In this document: one piece after another, positions 38,852 through 52,243 of the stretch
Numbering within the stretch: position 1 is the stretch's first letter
Layout of the letters: each line of letters opens with the position of its first letter
Origin: Balanoglossus misakiensis
Lineage: Eukaryota; Animalia; Hemichordata
Assembly (NCBI GenBank): GCA_040954595.2
Contig: CM082580.2
Span: 12,166,909-12,230,908 of the forward strand
DNA: 64,000 nucleotides
Direction of reading: 5' to 3'
Notes under the pieces: generated by a model
The model's input: only the letters and a program-made list of their open reading frames with translations
What the model was told of the DNA's origin: nothing
The model's database searches: none
Position numbers and translations under genes: made by a program

Positions 38852-40708
38852 ATGGCACTGACACTGTGTAGACAGTGCGTCGTCTATTTCGGACGTAACA
38901 GACACCGAATTCTTTCCGCAATGGCTGATACCGCGAGGAGACAGTGTCACACATCCTCTGTCACGCTATCTACCGCTAACGGAGGACAAACGAGGTCATC
39001 GGTTGTTAGATCATTTGCATTTCCGGTCATTTCAGTGAATTTTATTAATAGTGATATACCAATTGCCACATTTCATACCGGGCAATTGAAATTGGCTGGC
39101 CACAACAAATGGTCTAAAGTGAGGCATATCAAAGGTCCAAAGGACCTTGCAAGGAGTAAGGAGTTTGGTAAATTAATACAGAGAGTTAAATTTGCTGTTC
39201 AGAGTAAGTAAACAATTAAAGGAATTGTCTACTCCTGGGGGGGGGGGGGGTCCTGTTTTGGAATGGCCCTTGGGGTCACTGGGTTTTAATTGGGAGTGAG
39301 TTTAAATATCATTCATACTACCCCCAATTGCCTCAACATTCATCACCCAAGCGATGAATTGTAACATTCTGATCCTTAAGTTAAGGTGCATAATGTAAAT
39401 TTAAGGTACTCAGATCTGACAAAGTCACTGCCATTGTTTATTTTAGATGATGGACCGGACCCAACAAAGAATTCAGCATTAGCCAATTTGATTCAAATGG
39501 CCAAATCTATTGGGATGCCGAAATCCACAATGGAGGGTGTGCTCTCCAAAGCCAGTGTAAGTGCCAGAATGAATTGAAAATGACTGGTATATTACTGTGA
39601 TTTGTTCTGTGGCTAAAGGAGAAAGTACATTTTTTCAGCACTATTCTTTTATGTCTGAAACCACGTTATCTTGTCCTTCCTCACAGACTGGTGCTAAAGG
39701 CGATGCTACAACCTCCATCATCTTTGAAGCAAGGGGGCCTGGTGGTTCATGCCTGCTTTTGGACATTCTCACCGACAGCACAAGAAGATCAAGACAGGAG
39801 TTACGGAAGTTGCTCCATAAGTTAGGGTAACAGTGCTCTACTTGATCTTCAAAGTTTTAATGATGTCGATTCCTGGCAGTCTGTCAGATGACTATGTGTA
39901 CAAGCAGGTATCATTCAGGATTTTAACATGATACTTGATGACTTTTCTTAATTAAGGTGTTCTCTTGGTGAACCTGGTACTGCAATGTATGCATTTGCCC
40001 ACAAAGGCATCATCCGAGTGCTGGGTGTTCGAGAGGATGAGTCAGTGATTCCGCTGGATGAAGCATTGGAGATAGCCATCGTGGTAGGGGCCGAGGATGT
40101 GATCGAGACTGAAAGTGAAAGCGGGGAACAGATGTTGATGGTGAGTTGGGCAGGAGTGGATTGATCAATCAGAAAGTTCTCTCGCTGATGTTGATGATGC
40201 AGCGTAACAGTTATGGGGTGATTTCATGTGCATAGCGCCCTCTTTACCAGCACTGTGCATACAGTGAGATCTTTTGTCTTTACCCTGAAAGCAATGCAAT
40301 TTGGCTGGCTCAGAGAAGATTACAAACATTTGCAGTACAAACTAAATATGCTGCATTGTACACTGAGTCATGAAAATGAGAAGACATTCCTGAGTGCCAA
40401 TGATCTACCTCGTGCATCCGTAAAGCAGACATTGGCACATTTTCTTCCCTTTCATAATTTCCAACAGAACCTGAGCTTGTGTATGTTTTATTTTTCAGTT
40501 TGTGTGCAACCCAAAGGAAATCAGGAAAGTGCGTGATAACTTGGAGGCAGAAGGCTGGGAACCAAGTTCTGTCAGTCTTGAATATTTGCCACAGACCACC
40601 GTGACGCTTAAAGACTCTGAACTCGACAACGCTGCCGAGATCATTGACCAGGTGTCGGATCACGCAGATGTTGTGAAAGTATATGACAATATAACCAGTG
40701 AGAGTTAG
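38852..40708 (+). CDS. TACO1: Translational activator of cytochrome c oxidase 1 (YebC family) with mitochondrial presequence, 5 exons
   Basis: Arg-rich leader, AGHNKWSKVRHIKGPKD, GPDPTKNSALA, FEARGPGG..DILTDS, GAEDV, LEYLP, DVVKVYDNI. Confidence 0.95.
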
Positions 40709-41422
40709 CCCATTAAACCCTGACCTGACTCCCCAGGTTTCACCGAAGTGAAAATAGTTTTACAGAGCAAAATGTTTTTTGATACCTTTTTCAGCTGACA
40801 TGGCCAGCAAATTAGAAATGTATGTGTACTTGAAACAACAATAAATACTCATTTTTGACATCTAGCAGGTTGTAAGTGTATTATCATGTTAAGAATATTT
40901 TACAACACTACATGTTGTAATTGAAATGCTAATCTCTATCAAATTCTACTACTCAACATTTCTCTGTGAAACGCTTCAGACTCAACAATGTTGAATCAAA
41001 CTTTGATTATATCTATCTGCAAAAGTTTTACTTTTCCATGGCAAATAAATATCTTATAGTTAATAATCAAACTTCCACAAATTCATTACTGTTCTACAAC
41101 ATCAAATCTATAGGAACAAAGTAACAAATATACCTTTGTATCTCCATGTTAAATCTATTTTCACAAGAGAACACACATAGTAAAAGTGACAAATGATCAC
41201 TAGCACTACAAACTATCAATGTGTACGGCAATGTGCCACAACTGCCAAGGCTGAAGGAAACTTTACCACAGAAAACAAGAATGTCTAATTATTTAAAAGA
41301 ACCCACACTACACAGATTGTAGCTGAGAGAAACAGCGCTTTATCCACCACATGAGACTATGAGCATGCATTCACATTCTCCTGAGGTGGGTGTTCAATTC
41401 TTCTTGCCGTCTTGGACTTTCT

Positions 41423-44400
41423 TCAAGACACCTGCGACGCGAGTTGCTCGCAGAATTCTTTCAGCGAGGCCAACTCTTGACGTTTCTAGAAGCAAATGAA
41501 AGAAACTGGTCAGAATTGTGAGAGAAAAACCACATGTCGCTCTCAATCAGCAAATAAATACAGATGTAGAAATGACAGTTAATCAGATCGACTTTTACAG
41601 AAAGAATGCGTTACAATGCAATCCAAGTAATTCATGTATAGGTGAGTGACCGAAATACAGACATACTTCAATCAGGGACGTCTTCAGCGAATCCAATGAG
41701 ACGGATTTCTTTCCGGTGGTCGCTTTACCTTGAACGACACTCACTACGACATTGTGCTCTTTTCGGTACAGTGACATAATCTGGAAAATAAAAAAAAACT
41801 GTCAGACCAATGCCATTATAATTGGAGGGAGTGACCTCTGAAGTAATGGAGAGTTGGCATAAGTTGTTCCTTAATTCAAAGTATTGAATTTAATGACTTT
41901 ACATTGATAATGATAAAAATAGTGCTATAAGAAGTACTTCAGCCTGTGCTGAAAACACCCACCTTAGGTCCAAATGTCAAATACAAAACCAATGTATTTG
42001 CCGAGAAAATACCGGTGCCAGTGATGGCGAAAACCACGGTGATTTCTGACGCCAGAAAGTATTGAGCAACCGGAATAAAGATGCATGCCAACGCTACAAC
42101 GTAAATTGATAGGGCGATCTGTCGGCCTGGAGACGAAATGACATACAGCGTCAGAGAATATTGAACCAATAATTAACATAATGCATATCGTGGTATCAAT
42201 TCGGTCCAATCGAATCTAGCTAATAATTATTGTGAATGGTCGAATACTATTAGCATATGAACGGACTGTACGAGCTCGCGACTGACAAGTGTATTATTAT
42301 TAAAAATATTCCAATTTCACAGGCAAGCGGTTGCAATTCGAACTGTTTTCTGCAGCTTTAGTCCGCTCCAGTGGATGATAAGCGAAAGAAAAGTCATGAT
42401 TCACTTTGGATGAAAAGTAGAGAGAATCATCACGGACTGAACTTAGTCTACGAAAATACAAACGAGTGTGAGTAAAGGATTGGATGATAAATCATGCGGT
42501 CATCGTGAAGGTTAATGTACGAAACTTCCCCAGCACAAAACGTAAAGTTATTTTCCCATCTCCAATACAGGAACTTCTTTTCCTTCCAAACCCCCCCCCC
42601 CCCCCCCCCAGTAATTAATTTATTTGAATTAACCTTGGACATAATTTGCTAATGTGGCACTACAGATTTCAAATGAAAAATTTCCCATTAAAAAAAGAAG
42701 AAGCGTTGATTTGGAGAACAATATTCCCCCCTGGCCTTCAAGTTTGGCACAACATTGTTGTCATGACGATCACATGAACTGGCCCATTTCGTGCGTGATG
42801 TAGAAAAGCACCGTATCAAAATCCACATTACGCCTGTTCTCTGCCTGTAGAATCATTCCGACATGAACAATGTGTATTATACGCTCAAAGCTGGCAACTG
42901 CCGCCATTCAGTGCAAACACCGAATCGCGCAAAAACATGACACCGCGTACACGAGAATATTGTTGGATTCTCAGAATACTGTCAAAAAATGCTTGCAGTT
43001 GTTTCACGTCGTGACAGCAAATGGTAGAAATATTAACCTGTAATGGCTGGTACAGTCTCATATACACAGACAACAAATACCAACAGGACCCGAGGGAGCA
43101 GTTGGACACAGTGTGTGAGGAAGAAATTCTACTAATAGTACAATAGGAAAGAATCGGAGTCTGAACTACCGTATGTACGTGTACCAAAGAGCAAGAGGGT
43201 ATATTAAAACGCAAGACATGCAAAGTGAGGCGGTATACAAAGAAATGATGCGATACGAAATAATTTCTGGTTTTAATGACTGTAAATGGGAGGCAGGTAC
43301 TGGCCCCAGCATGACTATAGAGGTAGGTCTATGTATTTCTCTGTACCTGGTGGGCCATATCTCGAGTCTTGAAGATCTTCTTTACATAATACATTATTAA
43401 ATTGATCTCAGAATCTCCAGGACTCCGAACCAGTGCTATACACACACGATACCATACGGCGTTAACGAGGCGAGCGCTAATCATCTTTGCCGATGCTGAC
43501 GTCTCGCCAAAAAGCAATTACGTGTGGAGATTGGAAAGTGTGAAAAATGAAAATTCGTCACCTTAAAAATCTTTGAAAAGGATTTTGCCTAAGCGCTGAA
43601 TGACAAAGTGCTATGCCCCCTATTTATTCCTTCTTCACGCCAAGACTCCAGCCGTGTCAAGAGCCAAGCTCGAGGGGGAGTGGGAAGGGAGATTTTAAGC
43701 TCTTACTGTCGTTAAGTACAGCTACTTGTACGGATCGAATTGCCCAAGCCAGGAACACTCCGAAGAAGAGGAGAATCGCCTTGTAAACGAAGAGGCTGAT
43801 AAACCAATATTGAGAGTAGGCCGAGTAGCACTGATGTGATTGGTAGATGTAGAGAAAGTCATGTCCGTTCTCATCGGTCACTGCCTGTGAATAGAACGTC
43901 AACAATAACTTTAAAAAGACCACTCCAGAAAATTCGTAAAGTCGGTTGAAGTTTATTTCATTAATGCCTGCCAATGTCACTCTCGGGGAAATGGGGTTGG
44001 CATATTCATGCTCGTTCCGCAAACATTCAGTTCATTTTTCCGGAACTTCTCAACGAAAAAGAGGACCTTATAATAAATGGCCGCCGTGATGGTGTAGGTT
44101 GTTGCTGCAGACGAATTTCTAGTTTGGGAATTTACCCAGTCAGACCAACTTACCCGAGTTTTTAAGACACTGACTGTGCTTGACATCGGGTCGACGACAG
44201 CCCAGCACACAGATATGATGACATCTACGATAACCATGGCAACGACACCGACTATCAGTCTTGAATCCCCAACCCGCTGTATAGGATGAAAGAAGCGAAT
44301 CACGATATCTAAATATGCCTATGGCTAGACGACACACAAAGGCAGTGAGCGCATGAGCTACATGTAAAGAAACATTTTTCAACGAATCCACTTTTTACTT

Positions 44401-47400
44401 ACAATATTTCCGAATTTTTCCATGGCGATCTTAAATATCGCGTAGACTCTGTATGTCTTCATGAAAAGCGCACCGAATGATAACGATAGGCCAACTGATA
44501 ACAGCAATGGACGTGCCTGAAATTTGAGCACGAAAACATCACTTATTTAGTTTGCGTTTCTGAAATCACGGGACACCGATTTTGGTGTGGGTAGTATAGT
44601 CCCCCAAGGCCCCAGCATATACCCCTTAGTTTTCTTCGCTGGCCACTAGCCCCCTATTTACTGGTTGGCGGAGAGTCAGCCATAAGCGTTGCGCCATCCA
44701 AGCCAATTCTCTTGCTGGCTGGATGTGCTGGCCCAGTGCCGGAATCGACGGCGGGGAGCCTGCTGTAGGGTCTATAAACCCCATGCCTTGCTGTTAAGTT
44801 TGAAATCAAAAACACCAAGTTGGAGAAGGGCGTGAAACAGAATATTATACTAGTACAAGGAAACAAGATACTCCTGACATTAATGTAATTGAACACGGCG
44901 TTTCACACTCACATGACACAGAATGCTGAGCAGTAATGTTGTTACGTCTGATGTATCCACTCCATACAGAACAATCAGGATGTACAGCAGAATACAACCA
45001 ACGAAAACGAAGTTATTCAACAACGGACTTGAGATCTTGACAACTCTGTGAACAGATTTTGGCACCAGTTTTTCAGTATCGAATTAAGTATATGCACAAA
45101 GAGATTGTTAATCTAGCGTCATAAGTCAAACTACACATGACCCACCGTATTAAAACGGCACATAAAAAAATTGCATTTTTTGGTAAACTCTACATCTTTT
45201 CTAGTCACAGACAATGCTTGACTTGTATTACCGGGCTGGCCACCCGTAGCTATGGTAATTACCAAAGTCTTGCGAGAATCTGGCAATTAGCGGAAAACCA
45301 CCTATTTACCAAACAAGACTGCTTACTTCACATCTCTGTACTTGATGTTCACAGCCAAGCATAGCAGACCACACAGGATTCCAATGCCAGCTAATGTGTA
45401 CATCACAATACTACCAGCGAATGAAGGGATAACGGTCATGTAGATGTTCTCAACGCCGTCTGTTGGTGGTAACTTGCCTGCAGAGCCAAGTCAAGAAAAC
45501 GGTATCCGACACTGTTTCCTTGAATATAGATTTCAACATGACAGGTTCACCAAATGACCCAGACCTTCAAGTTGTCAGAGGGTGGGGTGGAGGCGGACGG
45601 TACATGCTCACCTTATGATACACAGCCACTGAGATCAAACAAAATGTTCAACACGGGTTTTCTATATATATAAAGTTTAAAAGATCCACTGTCAGACATC
45701 GCGATGCTCGTATCCGCATCAACATTAATGCCATCCATACAATTTTCAGTTGTCTGCAAGACTGTTGATTCCCCGATACGTTTGGTGCATCGATGTCGAT
45801 TCTGCTGTTAGTACAGCTATCGTTCTCATATGGCCGTGTTTATAAAACAAATTGTGACGAAACATGGAAAATATACTCGCCCTTCCACTGAATTGGGGTG
45901 CTCTCACTCCACTCGACATCTCCGCCATCAAGCAAGACACCGACTCGAACCGGCTTTTCCTCTGCGAGAGAAAGGAATTCAATCACTTAATTTACATATA
46001 TTCGTAAATGGTCAAATGGTGTAAATGAAGTTCCCAAATGACCAAGTGGTGGTGAACTTGTTTTTAATGTGAACGTGGCCACCCAATGAAACCTGCGTCT
46101 GATCCCAACCATCCGTGGTAACTGTGACTGAATTTGATGGACAGTGTTACAGGCTGTCTTACGAACTTGAGATGAAATGCGGATGTCGTTCATTCTTTGT
46201 TTATATATTACCTTGCATTTGGTCTATGATCAAAGACGGGATTCTGCCACCAGCTTCTGTGAATTCTATTGTCCCCTGCAGAAAATGCATAACATATACT
46301 GTGTTGAGTATTTTGTTTCGAAAAATTACATTCTATACGCTGTTTGTCAAGTTGCCGATGGGCATTACACCGTACAAGAATTCTGCTATTTAGCGCTTTC
46401 TTGCCTGTGGAGTGTAGAATGCTATTTGTACCGTAGAATGCTAGTATTTTAAGCAGTGTTGCAAAATTGTCATTTTCTAAAAATTTACACGAGAGGAGTC
46501 AGACGATGAAAAACATGGACGTTTGTGCGCATATCTGTTTCTGTTCTTGACTTGAAATTCGCCCTTACTTACAGTGACGCCATACACCTTCAGTCTTTGC
46601 AACGAATGTATGATATAATTTGCCATTTCATCATCGTGGTAGGTAAATTCGGTCAGACTTCTTGGCGGGTCAAGATGGGAGAGAAAGTTCTCTGTATTGT
46701 TCAAAGCAAGGGCTGCACATATTGTTGCATCGTAAACAAAACCGGCGTGGTAGTAATGGGAGCGCATATAGGCCAACAGATCCAACTCGTCTTCATCTGG
46801 TTTCTAAAAGGAGAGCAAGGAAATCAAATGTGGCGTTTGAATGTCACAGTGATCTAAGAGAAAACTTGATCAAGAAGGAAGCAATGAAAACTGTCGTGCA
46901 CTAGTGTTATGGTTCTCAGGCAGAATCGTAGTCAATTAAAAAATAATCTGAAGAGTCAACATTCAAGAGCTCAAACTCTTGCTCGAGATGTCATGCAGCA
47001 GCTGCGCAAGATGAGGCACAACAATTTGTTAAAGGCTTCCCTTTTTAGTGTCTGGCGCGTGATTCTAATAAAATGTTCACGAAAGGCAACCAGATCCCCT
47101 TTAAGGGCTTTATGTGGGTTTCAGAACTTGTGACTCAATGTAAGACTTGGGCGCGAAGAAACATGACAAAAAAGAATTTTTTTTTTCAAACTTGAACGAA
47201 TCCGATTCTTTTGCTACAGATCCGCACAGAAAAATACCGAAAGAAATTGCCAACCTACCACTCCTTGAAAATCGACCAGACTCAAGTCATCGGTGTATGG
47301 TAACACTTTGATGCCAAGGTAACCATCAACCATGTATTTCATTTCTTCGTGAGTACACAAGACGTCATTTTCACCATAGCGCTGAATGTGCCAGTCTTTA

Positions 47401-50172
47401 AAAAGCCAGCCAGCCAGAATCCACACTATCTTGCTCCCGTAAAGGTTTGCTGTGTACCCCTGTGAGTGTAAAATTTGCATTTTATTTACATTTTGAAGTT
47501 TCCGTCAGTATCTGAGTGTTGGTGCAAAACTGAGATGCTGGACTTTTGTTGAAAATGTGAAAACAATATGTAGTACCTCGCACATAATTTGCCTGCTCAT
47601 GTCTGGATATGCTAATGCAACGATAATCCTGGCATCGTGGTTCTGGAACAAAAACAAAAGAAACCAATAATGACTTTCATTGTAACAACACACGCACTTG
47701 GTACTATACAGTCACTATTTCGCAAAGACTAGCCATGGTTCACTGTTGTTTTTTCCTTCTGCTGTGTATGATTGATTTAAAATGCAGAAGACATGAATGG
47801 ACTGGTCGCGTTTGTTAGATCTGGATCCACTGATTATGTTTGCTGTAAAAATGTTGGGTCAAAGTGACATACTAGGGATAGTCCCGGTGCTGTCATCAAA
47901 TCGAACTGAAAACAAAACAAAAGAAACGAAAAAAACAATGTTGCATGGCTTTACCTTAAGACTCTGTATCTGAACAGTAGGTTTCTTTCCAGTTTGTATG
48001 TGTTCAACCGTCAACACATCGTATCCGCCAAGTTCATTCAACAGTGACACCAAGTTTCTCATAAGCTGCAAATTGACAATGAAAATATCCGAGTTTAGCA
48101 AACGTTGCCACCGCTTTAATAGAAGAGATGTCTTGAATCATGACTTCTAAGACTGAACTATGCAAATTCAATCATGCGGACACTATACATTTAGATGTAC
48201 ATGTATGTGTAGTACGGCAAATAATTGACAATGACACTGTTTTAAAATATATCTTACCAGAGAAAATATATCTTCATTCTGGTAAATAATGGCGATTTTC
48301 TTCCAGTTGAAGCTGCGGAATAATGCCTCCCAAGCAGGCACTACGGCCGTGTCGCTCGGATACAACCCCAGAAAGAGGGGATATCGCTGTTTGTCAGAAA
48401 AAGCGGGTGACGACACACTACCAGACACCTGTCGATCAAGATTAGTCGCAAACACAACATCAGAATTCAATCACAGCCAACTGATGTTTGATTCATCGAA
48501 TTCAAGGTCTCAATATTGTTATTTTCTGGTCAGGAACATTTAGTCGGAAATGTGGTTCCATTTCACAGCGCTTGCATTTTAGTGTTTTTTTCTGGCCCTG
48601 TGAACATTGTACAACACGCTAAATGGCCAAAGTTATTTATTTACTCTGGTGGTTGTGTCAAGGCTACGAAAAATTATTCTACTGGTTCATCTGCTGCGCA
48701 TGCTCGAAACAGGAGTCACTGCTTGGTTGGTTGGCGGTGAAGATAAAAAGCCATACTCAGCGCGACAAAATTTTTGTGTAAACCTGGTTTAGAAAAAAAC
48801 AACAATAATAGCTTCGAACGAATAGAACTAGAAGATGAAGAAATCGTTCGTGACAAGTTCCAAACTGCAAGATGATGATATTCATATTCGTGAATTGACT
48901 AGGAGGTATTGCGATTTTTTTATTTCACGTGACACGTTTCATCCTTTATGATATCGGTGTAGATATACACACATATCTTTACTCGTTTTTTTTTCTTATT
49001 GAGGAAAATCATACGTATGGCTAATCGTCACGTTTTTCTCTATGCTGTCGATCATTTATTTCCAGAATCCATCTTCCTTCCCTGTTAGAGGCAGGACAAT
49101 AAATTTACTCCCCCTTTCACGCTTTTTGAGAGTTTGCCAGCCAACTCCAGAACATGTAATCTTTAATCACCGAGCACGCAGTGTTCTGTGCATTCCTATA
49201 TGCATAGGTGGTGATTCGTGCCCCCTCTGTTCAAATAACACTTGTCTGTCTGCAGTTCACCAGTTGACTGTTCTCACCAGGACTGCGTGGACATCGAAGG
49301 GGTCGGGTGAATATTTTTGGACTATATTTTAACTTGGGTGTGGTTGGTTGTTCTGTACGCATGTGTCGAAAGCAAGATGATATCTAATGAATAGTGAGGG
49401 GATTAATAAACTACTATAACTACATTTGTTGGTGTGTTTACGGGTTCATGCACTCTAAGACTTTGAATTGTCAAACTTACCTGTACGAGGTTGTAAAAAG
49501 TTGCAGTTTCACATGCAGGCTGTGTGATCTTTGAATTCGCGCAGAAGAGTGTCATCACCATCTGGGGTTTTTCATAGATCAAGTCATACAGTATACGGAG
49601 TGCTTCGGCCTGTACTGTAGCCTGAAAAAGATATACACACGTGACAATACGAGCGCACACACAGGGAAATTTAGGGCCCACTTCCAAAGAAACAATTTCA
49701 ATAACTTTTAGGTCAGGCGTACAACAAACGAAACAAAATGAGTCTCAAATTACGCCGCCCTTCTTCCTCCCCAAAACGGAAAAGTTTTTGGATGTGGGAG
49801 ATGCTACAGCTATATTTTCACAACGATGTTGACATTTTATAATTTAATATACGTTATCTGCCCAATGATCTAGTTTATGTCAAGAAAAAAATGGAAGCAG
49901 CAAGGATTAAAACACGTTATACATACTGGATCAACTCCGGTGAAGTTTTCCATCATCACCAACTCATACTGCGGCAGGATGTCTGGGTGCGCGTTAATGA
50001 AAGCCAGCGCAGTCTTCGTCCCGTACTCCAGCTCTGCGTTGGCGCCTGGCGTAGCGGTGACCGACTGGAAAACTCCGCCGACGTATAAGGTCTGCTTCTT
50101 TGCGACGTGTCTCTCGACGAAACAGACGCCGAAAAGAAGGCACAGAAACTCTAGTTTGAAGACTCGGCACAT
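41423..50172 (-). CDS. GABA-B-receptor-like class C GPCR, copy A (17 exons; signal peptide, VFT, 7TM, short tail)
   Basis: LYVGGVF, INAHPDILPQYEL, SSPAFSDKQRYPLF, DARIIV, LYGSKIVWILAGW, YDA..ALALN, PPTD, VKISSPLLNN, FGALFMKTYRVYAIF, YKAILLFFGVFLAW, LNDSRQI, FGPK; all exons join in frame; no cysteine-rich domain. Confidence 0.9.
45479..45880 (-). other. GC-AG intron after exon 9 (45961-45881) of GPCR copy A
   Basis: EKPVRVGV..EWSESTPIQWKG|GCGAGT; the homologous exon in copy B ends IRWQG|GTGAGT. Confidence 0.8.
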
Positions 50173-52243
50173 CGTTGTTTCTTTCACACCAACGTTCGGT
50201 GTTGACTTGTGAGAACGCCAAGAAAGAGTTTCGAGTAGTTATAAATGTTTTTGGCGTGGCGCTTTCCCATTTGACGATCTCAGACAATAGCTTCATAACT
50301 TCAGGAGTTTCCGTTTTCCTTCAAAGTATACTCGCTTACTTTTGAACTTCAGATTATGCATAAAGAAATCGCTCGTGACGTGCTTCGCTCGTGCAAATCA
50401 TCACTGCGGCCCCTTAGGGGTATCCGATTTTGCATGAATCAAGCGTGGATGTTGAAGAATTGAAAAGAGTGGTGTTTTTTTTACAAAACAGAAAAAAATG
50501 CACGGATTGTTTACTGTATTCGTCTGCCTTTTCAGCGTCATGCACATCCCAACTCCCTGCACACGATGAACTTCGTGATATACACACGTATACCTTGAAA
50601 GGCACTAATGCTGGTAAACAGGTTCTCAAAGCCGAGCTCTCAAAGGGAAAACTTCTGTTGGTTGGCAACGGATATTCTACGTCATTTTAGCTATGCTACA
50701 GAAACAGGGATTTCACACCTCATTGGCGTTTTCAGAATTAACAACAGGCCGGCCGATGTACGTGACAAATGGTACCGTAAAACGGAGCAGAACGACCGGT
50801 AAACATCCTTCATGTCAGTTTGAGCACGCATCTTTGACAAGTGTCAAGGTAGACTTCACGACATACTCTCAAGGTTACGTACGTGTCAGATCCATTGCCA
50901 CATTACCCATCCACGGTTGGTACCAAGAGATTGACCCGTTCGCGCGAAGCGTTGAAATGGTCAAATCATGTGTTACGCCGCTGAATGAATTTGCTTTGGG
51001 CTCAAATAAAATATGTGTGCAGTCAGTCAATGTTCCCGCCCCTAAGTATGAATATTGTAAGACTCCAAATTAGAATTTGATTTTTTGATTAATATCAGTC
51101 CTAAAAATCAAAAGACTAATTTACATATTAGTTCAACACCTGTTTAACAGTAAGTGCATGTGCTGTTGAGTGCTATTCATTTTCAGTAAACATTAAAGTA
51201 AAGTATAAGCAATTCTCAAGATTTTCGTGTTTCCGTGTAGTAAAATAAGTTGGCGGGCAAATCCATAACTTTTCATGAACATGAACTTTGGACTGTAACC
51301 CAAATTCACACGACAATAAAAATAATACCTGCATGAGCTCGAGGAAGCAAGGCAAAGATGGAATTACGTTTTTACCCCGGAGTGGGCGGATATAGTTTTG
51401 AAACAAATTTGGAGTACAACAGAACTTTGACTCCAAACGTCATCAATCAGCGTGACACGATCGATGCGACGGAAGCCGATAGTACAATTGCCGTAAGGTT
51501 GTCTTTTCACTCGTTAATTTGCAAATAATTCCAGATGAGGTATTTCTTTGATCGTCGGCAATTTTCTTGAATTTTGTTCAGTGAGCGTTATTTATTCATC
51601 ACGATCGGTGCGCAGATACACAGCATCCGCTAAACTTGAACGGCTGAGTCGAACGTTCACTATTCAGAGGGGTTGTACTTCTCACTCAATATCTCCTTTG
51701 CAATGCAGCTTGCTCATCGGATATTATTTCTGTGCCTTGCAGTAAAAAGAATTTTGTATCACCGTAGCTGGCGCTGTGGTGATATGCTTTGTTGTATGGC
51801 TTCCCTCACTGCAGTCAATAACAGTGAACGTTAACGCTAGTGTTAAAATATGCTGCAAAATCCGAGTCATTATCAGCAGTCTCCCCCCCCCCTCAAAAAA
51901 AAACACCTCAACATCCTAAGCTTGAATATGATGCTAGGCATGCTCAGTAAGAAATTTGTCTGATTCATAAATATCAGTATTCACTTTTTACAGAGCATTG
52001 CACCTTTTTAAAAAATTGAATCATGGAATATTAAAGTTCACATATTCAACATAGTGCTACTATATGTATTTTGGATACATTGAAGAGGATACAAAACTAA
52101 TTAACTATGCCATATCAACACCATCTATGACAACCATACGCACGATTAATTTCACATTTGATCAATAAGATTCTTCGGATTGAAGAATCAGAAAGGTCGC
52201 GACTCTCTCGAGGTTGGGAATCCAATATATACTCCCAAGTAGT

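Noticed and set aside
39237-39251. Poly-G/poly-C runs (also near 12502, 42591 and 51883) as functional G-quadruplexes
   Set aside because: Intronic or intergenic homopolymers, commonly repeat remnants, and their lengths are error-prone.
42358-42442. C/D-box-like string (ATGATA..CTGA) with a terminal stem
   Set aside because: It is antisense to the host GPCR, there is no + strand host gene, and no target was recognised.
45611-45757. Candidate degenerate exon 9, suggesting GPCR copy A is a pseudogene
   Set aside because: The real exon 9 is at 45961-45881 with a GC donor, so copy A is intact.
50430-51073. ORFs upstream of GPCR copy A
   Set aside because: No recognisable domains or splice-consistent structure; likely promoter or intergenic DNA.
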